DNA of 32,000 nucleotides. Origin: a bacterium (GTDB taxonomy: Bacteria; UBP7; UBA6624). This document shows positions 24,574 to 32,000 of this stretch, one piece after another. The first letter of the stretch is position 1, and each line of letters begins with the position of its first letter. The notes below the pieces were generated by a model, which worked only from the letters and a program-made list of their open reading frames with translations, was not told the DNA's origin and made no database searches. The DNA lies in contig PBAU01000003.1 of the NCBI GenBank assembly GCA_002716355.1, positions 30,001 to 62,000 on the forward strand, in the 5' to 3' direction. The position numbers were made by a program, and so were the translations under genes.

Positions 24574-26072
24574 GCAGATATTGCAGCTTTTATCCAGTGT
24601 AAGCCATTCCCCAAATATAGAAAGGTTGTTATCATCATCAATAAGGTATTAAGCCAATTCGCGTCTTCAAAAAAAGAAACTGCCACTAAGGAAAAGAAGG
24701 GCAAAAAGAATGAATCTTGTTCAAAAAGAATGAAAAAAAAGAAAATGCCAATAAGGTATTTTTTTGTTTTTTTGGAAATGCTGAATATGTTTTTGTTTTT
24801 AATTTCGAATTCTTTTCTCAACAGAAGCACTCCAATTGAAACTGAGACTATAGAGGAGAGAGGAACTGCAGAAAGTTTATTCTCTAAATTTCCGTAGAAA
24901 AAAAATGCAAGAAAAGCTAGACAGCTTAAGAATTGTATTAATTTGATTTTTATGAGTTTTTTGTGTATGTTTTTAGCATAGCAGGCTTTCGTGAGTATTG
25001 ATTCAGATATGACTAAAGGAAGGGATATTGCTAGTATTTTAAATATCGCAGCAACTTGAGCTGTGTCATTATTTGTGAATTTTCCATATTGGAAAAGCAG
25101 CTCTGTAAAGAATTTTGATTCAAAGAAAAAATATATTGTCATCGGTATTGCCAATACAAAACCTATCCTTAATGCCTTTTCTAGCTCTCTTGAAAAATTT
25201 GATTTTGAAATTATCGAAAGTTCTGGAAGTGAGGCTTGTGCGATACAGACACCAATAAGAGAGTTAGGAACCTGTATTAGCCTTGTTGAATAGTATAGCC
25301 ATGATATGGATCCTGAGCTTAATAAAGTTGCATAATAGCGTGTTGCAATTAAAGTTAGACTTGGGAAGATGCCTACACCAACACCTTCAAGGTATCTTTT
25401 GTCAAATTGTTCTTGGTACTTGTTTTTCCAATTTATCTTAGGCCATCTTTTGCCAAGCCCAAATGCATAAAATTGAAAAACAACACCTATCCAAGCGCCC
25501 CATCCTGCTCCCCATGTTAATGTTTCAATAGGATCTTTTTTCAAGAATAAAACACATGCAATTATTGATAAGTTTAATATTATTGGGGTTAATGACGCAG
25601 CCAGCATCCTTCCCTGGCTTCTTAAAACACAGCTAGCCCATATGCTAATTACTGCACCAGAAATATATCCTAAAAGTCCTTTTATAAGGCTTGAAAGCAT
25701 TTCAAGTTCAATATCTGACGGTTTATAGGCTGTTAAAAAGGTTGCAATGCTGCCAGAAAAGAGAGAAAGCATTACGAGAGTGGGAACCAACACTAATACA
25801 ATTTTCGTTAAAAGCGATCCGCTTGCAGACTGGTGCTTTTCTTTGTCTGCAGCAATTTTTGACATAGCCGGAATCGATATTGACTCCAAAGGGGTTTCTG
25901 CTAAAGCTGTTTTTAATGATGTTAATATTTGAAAACTTAAAGCCCAAGCATCCATTATGGAGTCACTTCCAAATTTTGAGGCCAAAAGAAGATCTCTTAT
26001 GTATCCTGTTGCTTTACTAAATGATATTCCTAAAAAATTTTTAAAAGTTCTTATTTCTAATTTTTTTTTCAA
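24531..26072 (-). CDS. murJ: lipid II flippase MurJ/MviN
   Basis: 513 aa and polytopic, with a TTG start. The N-terminal SKATGYIRDLLLASKFGSDSIMDAWALSFQI matches the MurJ opening motif. Confidence 0.85.
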   Translation of the reverse strand: MKKKLEIRTFKNFLGISFSKATGYIRDLLLASKFGSDSIMDAWALSFQILTSLKTALAETPLESISIPAMSKIAADKEKHQSASGSLLTKIVLVLVPTLVMLSLFSGSIATFLTAYKPSDIELEMLSSLIKGLLGYISGAVISIWASCVLRSQGRMLAASLTPIILNLSIIACVLFLKKDPIETLTWGAGWGAWIGVVFQFYAFGLGKRWPKINWKNKYQEQFDKRYLEGVGVGIFPSLTLIATRYYATLLSSGSISWLYYSTRLIQVPNSLIGVCIAQASLPELSIISKSNFSRELEKALRIGFVLAIPMTIYFFFESKFFTELLFQYGKFTNNDTAQVAAIFKILAISLPLVISESILTKACYAKNIHKKLIKIKLIQFLSCLAFLAFFFYGNLENKLSAVPLSSIVSVSIGVLLLRKEFEIKNKNIFSISKKTKKYLIGIFFFFILFEQDSFFLPFFSLVAVSFFEDANWLNTLLMMITTFLYLGNGLHWIKAAISACSIIYMWKNEVTK

Positions 26073-26073
26073 A

Positions 26074-27300
26074 TTAATCTCTTCGTAAAGCGACGATTGG
26101 ATCCAGTTTAGAAGCTTGATTTGCTGGAATTAATCCAAATATCAAGCCTATAGCCATTGAAACTGATGCCGATATGATAAAAACTTGAACATTGAATATT
26201 GGCTCTCCAGGAAAGTTAGGTATTCGGGAAATACCGTTTATCCCAGCATAGCCAAGAAGCATCCCTAAAAGCCCACCCATGAAAGCTAGCGATACCGATT
26301 CAATTAAGAATTGAATTTGTATGTCTCTATTTAATGCACCCAACGCTTTTCTAAGTCCGATTTCACTTGTTCTTTCAGCGACAGTGACAAGCATGATGTT
26401 CATGATGCCAATACCACCTATCAACAAAGATATGCTTCCAATTGCAAGAAGAAACATATTGAACCCGTTGATGAAGCCGCTAACTGTATTCACTATTTCT
26501 CCTGAATTGAATATTCCAAAATCATTTCCTTCAGAAAATTTTATATTGTGTCTTTTCCTTAGAAGTTCGGTGATTTCTTGTTCTGTAAGAGCTATATCTT
26601 TTAGCGATTTAGCTTCTACATTTATCGTGTTTACACCTTTTCCTCCCGAGAAAAATGATTTTGCTGTTGTGATCGGTATTAAAGATATTTCATCAGCACT
26701 TGAGAAACCTCCATCATCTCTCCCTCCCCCTTCTTTTGCGCTAAGGACACCGATTATTTCGAAAGATATGCCCCCTAAGATGATTTTTTCACCTATTGGA
26801 TCTTGTCCAGGTAGTAATTTTTTCCATAATTCAGGACCTATAACAGTAACTCTTTTTTTGCCTTCGACATCTAATGGTGATAGAAACCTGCCCTTGTCTA
26901 TTTCGTAAGATCTGACTGATGAGTATGCTGGCGTTACCCCTCTCACATCAACGCTTAGATTTCTATTGCCAACTCTTGCGATTTCTCGAGCACCAACCTC
27001 AGGCGCTGCAAAGTTTACATGAGGAAGTTTTTCTATTTCCTCAGCATCTTCTATAGTTAAGGGTTGTACTTTCTTCCTGGTTTCAATTGAGCTGTCATAA
27101 TTTCTTCCAGGCCATACAACCAAAAGATTAGTTCCAAGTCCGGCCATGCTGTCTTCAAAGTTCTTTTTAAAACCTTCACCTACACCAGTGACTATAACAA
27201 CAGAAGCAACACCAAAAGTAACACCTATTAGCGTGAGAACGGATCTAAGTGGTTTTGAAAAAATTGCTCGTATTGCAAATTTTAAATTTTCAATAATCAT
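26074..27300 (-). CDS. MacB-type ABC permease (MacB periplasmic core + FtsX domains)
   Basis: 408 aa. An N-terminal TM is followed by a ~230-aa periplasmic domain, then three C-terminal TMs with ERTSEIGLRKALGA (FtsX family) and a terminal LDPIVALRRD. Confidence 0.9.
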   Translation of the reverse strand: MIIENLKFAIRAIFSKPLRSVLTLIGVTFGVASVVIVTGVGEGFKKNFEDSMAGLGTNLLVVWPGRNYDSSIETRKKVQPLTIEDAEEIEKLPHVNFAAPEVGAREIARVGNRNLSVDVRGVTPAYSSVRSYEIDKGRFLSPLDVEGKKRVTVIGPELWKKLLPGQDPIGEKIILGGISFEIIGVLSAKEGGGRDDGGFSSADEISLIPITTAKSFFSGGKGVNTINVEAKSLKDIALTEQEITELLRKRHNIKFSEGNDFGIFNSGEIVNTVSGFINGFNMFLLAIGSISLLIGGIGIMNIMLVTVAERTSEIGLRKALGALNRDIQIQFLIESVSLAFMGGLLGMLLGYAGINGISRIPNFPGEPIFNVQVFIISASVSMAIGLIFGLIPANQASKLDPIVALRRD

Positions 27301-27965
27301 TTAACAATGTTTCCATCTAAGATTTTTATTGTTTTGTCGGTTCTTTTTGATATCTCAGGATCATGAGTTACAAGAATAACAGTAATGCCTCTTTGTTTTT
27401 GTTCTTCTAGTATCTTTAATATCTCTTCACCGGTTTTGCTATCAAGGTTACCTGTAGGCTCATCAGCAAGTATTATTTCCGGATCATTAACTAAAGATCT
27501 TGCTATTGCAACTCTTTGCATCTGTCCACCGGATAATTCATTGCTTTTATGGCTTGCCCATCTTTTTAGCCCGACTAAATCTAAGTATTTCATTGCTTTC
27601 TCTTTTTTTTGCTTATTATTTTTCCTTGAATAAGCAAGAGGCAATGCGACGTTTTCCCAAGCCGTGCTTCCCTGCAGGAGATGAAAGCTTTGAAAGACAA
27701 AGCCAATTTTTTGATTCCTTAAAACAGCTAGCTTGTTGCTGTTGTGTCTGTTTATGTTCTTTCCATCTAAAAGATAGTTTCCTTTTGTTGGCTTGTCTAA
27801 AAGGCCTATTATGTGCATTAAAGTGCTTTTCCCAGATCCTGAAGGGCCTATGATGGAAAGGCTTTCACCTTTTTCTATCTTTAGGTCAACACCCCTAAGA
27901 GCTTCAAAAGATATTTTTCCTGTTTTGTAAGTTTTTGATATTCCTTCAAGCTCAATTAGAGACAT
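27297..27965 (-). CDS. MacB/LolD-type ABC ATP-binding protein
   Basis: 222 aa. Walker A GPSGSGKST, Q-loop FVFQSF, signature LSGGQMQRVAIARSL, Walker B ILADEPTGNLD, H-loop VTHD. Confidence 0.93.
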   Translation of the reverse strand: MSLIELEGISKTYKTGKISFEALRGVDLKIEKGESLSIIGPSGSGKSTLMHIIGLLDKPTKGNYLLDGKNINRHNSNKLAVLRNQKIGFVFQSFHLLQGSTAWENVALPLAYSRKNNKQKKEKAMKYLDLVGLKRWASHKSNELSGGQMQRVAIARSLVNDPEIILADEPTGNLDSKTGEEILKILEEQKQRGITVILVTHDPEISKRTDKTIKILDGNIVK

Positions 27966-27970
27966 TGCTT

Positions 27971-29110
27971 TTAACGTCCGCGTCTTTTGCTTCCGGATCC
28001 AATCATTTTCATTTCTAAATCTGCGGGAGGCCTGTTGACGACTTCGTCACCAATTTCCAAACCAGATAAAATTTCAACATTTTCATCACCAATTTTTCCC
28101 ACAGTGACAGATTTTCTTTCAACAATGCCCTCTTCGTTATATTTCCAAACAAAAGTTTTAGACCCTTCAAATATGAGTGCAGTGTCGGGAAGTCCAATTG
28201 CTTCAACTGATGAAACTACAAATCTTGCTTCTCCAGTCATCTTGGGAAGAAGCTTTTTTTCTGAATTGTCTATTCTCACTTCTATTTCATAATTAATTAT
28301 GCCCCCAGACTGAACACCCATAGGGTAAATTCTGTATAGAAAGCCATCAAAGGTTGAATCTGATTGGCTTTGAACCTGTATGCTGCATTTCATGTCTTCT
28401 TTAACGCTGCTGACTTCAGTTTCATCAACCAAGCCTAAAAATTTCATTGTTTTCATGTTTCCTATCACCAATAAGCTTGTTCCTCCGCCCATGCCACCTG
28501 TTGCAGATGATACAGCAGAACCTTCTTCTATAAGAAGATTAAGCACGGTTCCGTCTACTGGAGCATATATAGTTGCGTTGTTTAGTTCTTCCTGAGCTTC
28601 ATTGACCCTTTCTAGAACTTCTTGCAAATTTGCTTCTTGGATCTTTAGAGACAATCCTGCTCTCTTGAATCTCTCTTCAGCTTGAAGGAGCTCTTCTTCG
28701 GTTCCAAAACCCTTATCAACTAATTCTTCTGTTCTTGACAGGTTTCTCCTTGCTGATTCGAGTTCTAATTTTGAGGATTCCAAACTTGCTTCCGATGAGG
28801 TTTTTGTTGCCAAGGCTTGATTCAGTCTTGAGTTTAAAAGTTTTTGGTCAAGTTTTATAAGCTCTTGGCCTTTTGTAACATTATCTCCTTTTTCAACAAG
28901 AACCTCTGAGACAAGCCCAGAGGCTTCACTCTTCACTTCAACTTGAACAAGTGGCTCGATTGAGCCATATGCAACAACTGTTCTTTCTAAAGAGATGTTT
29001 TCAACAGGTATTTTTTCAAGTGTAGAGAAATCAAAACTTTCTCCTTTTTCCCACGGGCTTGAGCATGACGACAAGGCTAAAATAAAAATAATAAATAGTT
29101 TATTTCTCAT
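27971..29110 (-). CDS. HlyD/MacA-family periplasmic adaptor lipoprotein
   Basis: The start was set at ATG 29110 (MRNKLFIIFILALSSC), giving a lipobox L-S-S-C. It has a biotinyl/lipoyl-like GLVSEVLVEKGDNVTKGQEL, a long coiled-coil hairpin, and an APVDGTV motif. Confidence 0.85.
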   Translation of the reverse strand: MRNKLFIIFILALSSCSSPWEKGESFDFSTLEKIPVENISLERTVVAYGSIEPLVQVEVKSEASGLVSEVLVEKGDNVTKGQELIKLDQKLLNSRLNQALATKTSSEASLESSKLELESARRNLSRTEELVDKGFGTEEELLQAEERFKRAGLSLKIQEANLQEVLERVNEAQEELNNATIYAPVDGTVLNLLIEEGSAVSSATGGMGGGTSLLVIGNMKTMKFLGLVDETEVSSVKEDMKCSIQVQSQSDSTFDGFLYRIYPMGVQSGGIINYEIEVRIDNSEKKLLPKMTGEARFVVSSVEAIGLPDTALIFEGSKTFVWKYNEEGIVERKSVTVGKIGDENVEILSGLEIGDEVVNRPPADLEMKMIGSGSKRRGR

Positions 29111-29111
29111 T

Positions 29112-29468
29112 TTAGGGAACGATAATTTTTCTCTCTCCACCCTCTTTCATTCCTTCTTCTATGCTTTTGTTTACCTTTTGCATAAGTTTTTCGAAGTTCA
29201 TTTGGGCAGCAATGAATTGCTGGTAAATTGGCTTTGCTTCAACTTTCATTTGAACGGCTTCCATTTTTTTCTTCAATTCTTCCGGTATTTCAGTACCTCT
29301 AGACCTCATTCCAACAGCCTGATCCTGAAGAGCTTGCATCTGTCCTAGTAAAGCTTTCAAGTCCTCATCTTTCGACAATGAATCTTGTGCTCTCCTGATG
29401 CTTTTTGCTTCTTCAGACTGACCTAAGTTTATACCTAGGTTTTTTGCTTTTTCAAAAATCATATCCAT
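29112..29468 (-). CDS. YlbF/YmcA-family (UPF0342) protein
   Basis: About 118 aa from ATG 29468. KAKNLGINLGQSEEAKSIRRAQDSLSKDEDLKALL..MQALQ...G.EIPEEL...M..VQ...E.KPIYQQFIAAQMNFEKLMQKVNKSI follows the YlbF-family helical pattern. The longer ORF to 29510 would overlap the divergent PMM/PGM start. Confidence 0.5.
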   Translation of the reverse strand: MDMIFEKAKNLGINLGQSEEAKSIRRAQDSLSKDEDLKALLGQMQALQDQAVGMRSRGTEIPEELKKKMEAVQMKVEAKPIYQQFIAAQMNFEKLMQKVNKSIEEGMKEGGERKIIVP

Positions 29469-29503
29469 AATTTGTTTATCATAATCTCTATTAGGATAAA
29501 AAC

Positions 29504-30910
29504 ATGACAACTGATATTAGATTTGGAACCGATGGGTGGAGAGCCGAGATAGGTTTTGGTTTTAATGAGGACAATCTAAAGAGGTTAATGCATTCGGTTG
29601 GGAAGAGAGTCAATGACATGGTTGATGGAAGGGCTCATGTCTGTGTTGGATATGACACTCGTTTTCAGGCTAAGGAATTTGCCTCTATCGCTGTGGAATG
29701 TTTGATTTCGGAAGGATGTCATGCTTTGCTGTCTCAGAATTTTTGCCCCACTCCAAGTTTGTCATTGGCTGTTATAAAAACTGAAGCAGATTTAGGTGTT
29801 CAGATTACAGCGAGCCATAACCCGCATACTTATTTGGGAGTCAAGCTGAAAGGCTCAAATGGAGGGCCTTTGCAGACAGGTATAGTTTCTCAAATAGAGT
29901 CTGAGATCGAACCAGAAGTCTTTGAAGACCCAGAGAAAAGATTAAGGCCCCATGTTCCAAAAGACTTTAATCAAATATATAGGGAAACAATAGAAAATTT
30001 AATTGATTTTGATTTTTTGAAAAAAGATAAAAAGAATATTTATGTTGATTTTATGCATGGAGCTCAAATAGATTTATTTAAAAATATTTTTATAAACTCG
30101 GGAAATATGAATATTTTCTATCTTAGAGATTCATTAGATTCAACTTTTGGTAATATCACTCCAGAGCCAATTCCATCAAATTTAAAAGTATTGTCGGATT
30201 CTGTTCTTGCTTCAAGAAAAGAGTCAATTGGCTTAGCTTTTGATGGTGATGGGGATAGATTTGCTTTTTGTGATGAGAGAGGTGAGGTTTTATGGCCACA
30301 GGAAACATTTGCAATTGTTGCTGATATTCTGATGAGGGAAGAAAAAGGTAATATAGCAAAAAGCCTTCCAACCTCTATCTGGCTGAACAGGTTAGCTAAA
30401 AAGTATAAAGTCGATATTTATGAGACACCTGTTGGTTTTAAATATCTTTCTGACTATCTTGACACAGGAAAGGCTTTAATTGCTGGAGAGGAGTCAGGTG
30501 GAGTTGGTTTCAGTTTTCACATTCCTGAAAGAGATGGTCTTTTAGCGTCTTTGAAGATAATTGAATATTTGGCTAAAGAGAAAAAAACATTGAGGTCTTT
30601 AAGAAAAGAGTTAAGAGCAAATCATGGTGATTTTCATTATGAAAGAAAAGATATGAAAGTTAGTGACTCTATTGTCGAGAATATAAAGAAGGATCCTGAG
30701 CAATATCTTTCGAAACTTTCAAAAGAATTTGGGGTTTCAAAAAAAGAAATAAACACTTCAGATGGGATTAAGTTAAATTTGAAAAATGATAATTGGGTTA
30801 TGGCAAGAGCAAGTGGAACTGAACCTGTTTTAAGGCTTTATTGCGAGTCTGAGAAGAAAGACAATATATCTTCGATTTTTTCAAGATTGGAAAAAGTTTT
30901 ATTTGAATAG
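29504..30910 (+). CDS. phosphomannomutase/phosphoglucomutase (alpha-D-phosphohexomutase family)
   Basis: 468 aa. FGTDGWR, the active-site TASHNP, the metal loop FDGDGDR, the sugar loop GEESGG and ARASGTEP. An AGGA SD lies 7 nt upstream. Confidence 0.9.
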   Translation: MTTDIRFGTDGWRAEIGFGFNEDNLKRLMHSVGKRVNDMVDGRAHVCVGYDTRFQAKEFASIAVECLISEGCHALLSQNFCPTPSLSLAVIKTEADLGVQITASHNPHTYLGVKLKGSNGGPLQTGIVSQIESEIEPEVFEDPEKRLRPHVPKDFNQIYRETIENLIDFDFLKKDKKNIYVDFMHGAQIDLFKNIFINSGNMNIFYLRDSLDSTFGNITPEPIPSNLKVLSDSVLASRKESIGLAFDGDGDRFAFCDERGEVLWPQETFAIVADILMREEKGNIAKSLPTSIWLNRLAKKYKVDIYETPVGFKYLSDYLDTGKALIAGEESGGVGFSFHIPERDGLLASLKIIEYLAKEKKTLRSLRKELRANHGDFHYERKDMKVSDSIVENIKKDPEQYLSKLSKEFGVSKKEINTSDGIKLNLKNDNWVMARASGTEPVLRLYCESEKKDNISSIFSRLEKVLFE

Positions 30911-31579
30911 CCTGGCTGTTTCTAACTCATGCCAGTTTTCAAAGTCATCGTTGATACTTGAATGAAGCCAAAGAATTTTTTCTTCTGTGATTTTTATTAT
31001 GCTCGAAGAGCTTTTCGGCATGTAGTTATTTTTAAGGCTGCTTAAATCGAGGTTTTTTTTCATTTTTGTAACAAAGTTTGAAGATGTTAACTTTGAGCAT
31101 TTTTCGGACATTGCCTTTATTCTTTTTGATTTTTTATCATTAATAAAACTGTTTGAAAGAAAATGCCTTCCCTTTTTTAAAATGGTTACCTTATCGCTTG
31201 TATTGTTTTTATAAAAAACATCTTTTAGGTTTCCAACAATTAAATTAAATCCGCCATATGTATTATTTTTTGTTTCTTCCTCAAGGTGCTTCAAGCAATC
31301 AGTGATGTTTTTTCTTGCAAGCATTTCTAAAACTAAAGTTCCTCTAGATTTTATTTTTGATTTACTTGACTCTCTGTTTGTCACAAGGCAAAAAATTTTA
31401 TTTTCATTTATGCCAAGCCATGTACCACCTTTCAGGCTGTCTATGCCAGCTATAATTTTTGTATTTCTGTGTATAAAAAAATCAGGATCTTTAAAGCTTC
31501 TTGAGGCAAGCTCTTCTCGATTAAATGCTATTGATATCGAATTGTCTAAATCTTTTATGAAGATTGTCGATATGCACAT
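30899..31579 (-). CDS. NRDE/TANGO2-family protein
   Basis: 226 aa. An N-terminal Met-Cys is followed by AFNREE (the NRDE motif position), GGTWLGINE, LVTNRES, SRGTLV and YGGFNLIVG, all in the family order. Confidence 0.8.
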   Translation of the reverse strand: MCISTIFIKDLDNSISIAFNREELASRSFKDPDFFIHRNTKIIAGIDSLKGGTWLGINENKIFCLVTNRESSKSKIKSRGTLVLEMLARKNITDCLKHLEEETKNNTYGGFNLIVGNLKDVFYKNNTSDKVTILKKGRHFLSNSFINDKKSKRIKAMSEKCSKLTSSNFVTKMKKNLDLSSLKNNYMPKSSSSIIKITEEKILWLHSSINDDFENWHELETARLFK

Positions 31580-31581
31580 TT

Positions 31582-32000
31582 TTACAATTCATTCCAGCCT
31601 GGAACACCCTCTTGTGAAATATTGTTAATTGTTTTATTTATCTTATCGATTGTTTTTAGCCTGTCTTTCTTGGCTGACATTGAAACAATCCTTCTTTCCT
31701 CTTTTAGGTTTTTTAGGATTATCATTTTGATGATCTCTTCCATATCATATAAAGTTGTTTCTCTTTCAGATATTAGGCATTCTGCTATAAAGGATTTTTC
31801 TTCTCCTTCAAATTGTTTCATGATTAACTCTGGATCTGCTGAGTCAATTGTATTCATTACAAAATATATGTTTTTTATTTTTTGGCTCTGGAATTCATTT
31901 ACTTTGTATTTTTTAAAGATTTCAGAAACTATCTTCCATTTTGTTGGATTTTTGAAAAGGTATCTAAAAACTTCTTCCTCTTCTACGAGGAATTTGTTCT
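31582..32000 (-). CDS. 3' part of a larger gene running off the window (helical C-terminal domain; possibly the DnaG primase C-terminus)
   Basis: The frame stays open upstream of the listed ATG (31857) to the window edge (...FLVEEEEVFRYLFKNPTKWKIVSEIFKKYKVNEFQSQKIKNIYFVMNTID...). The helical, charged composition resembles primase helicase-binding domains. No diagnostic motif is in view. Confidence 0.3.
   Translation of the reverse strand, partial: NKFLVEEEEVFRYLFKNPTKWKIVSEIFKKYKVNEFQSQKIKNIYFVMNTIDSADPELIMKQFEGEEKSFIAECLISERETTLYDMEEIIKMIILKNLKEERRIVSMSAKKDRLKTIDKINKTINNISQEGVPGWNEL

Noticed and set aside
1-32000. A scan for CRISPR arrays, tandem repeats, IS termini, tRNA/rRNA genes, and homopolymer-based phase-variation sites.
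   Set aside because: I saw no spaced direct-repeat array, no inverted terminal repeats bracketing a transposase, and no cloverleaf other than the tRNA-like domain of the tmRNA. The many A/T runs of 8-10 nt are consistent with base composition, and I could not tie any to a frame disruption. The scan was by eye only.

Overview
This is an AT-rich, extremely gene-dense bacterial chromosomal segment with about 42 protein genes, one tmRNA, and almost no intergenic DNA. By hand count on sampled lines, GC is roughly one third over most of the window.

Content is mostly housekeeping:
- smpB-ssrA, a run of small hydrophobic ORFs, and rph
- a two-gene HTH/PIN-like cassette
- a sodium:solute symporter and a NUDIX hydrolase
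- a 13-gene minus-strand train with no spacers: a GldG-type ABC system, a DUF4340-like gene, a YdjC-like gene, map, ddl, argS, a second ABC system whose permease is fused to a CPBP protease, then a pseudo-receiver, Smr and Vsr
- panB-panC-panD-kpsF-lat
- murJ-murG behind a MacAB-like pump headed by a YlbF-family gene
- a PMM/PGM, an NRDE/TANGO2-family protein, and a partial 3' gene

KdsD/KpsF, a lipoprotein MacA-like adaptor and the MacB-type pump suggest a diderm. The lineage cannot be fixed from the sequence alone. I saw no rRNA, tRNA, CRISPR array, transposase, integrase or phage structural genes.

I did not find an unambiguous novel multi-gene system. The best candidates for a second look are:
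1. the translationally coupled pseudo-receiver / degenerate-Smr / orphan-Vsr triplet at 6531-7578
2. the HTH + PIN-like cassette at a compositional boundary (3633-4422)
3. the ABC-2 permease-CPBP protease fusion system
4. a tmRNA tag ending in YAFA
5. a drop of about 10 or more GC points at about 3.3-3.6 kb

All functional calls come from motif recognition by eye. No searches were run.
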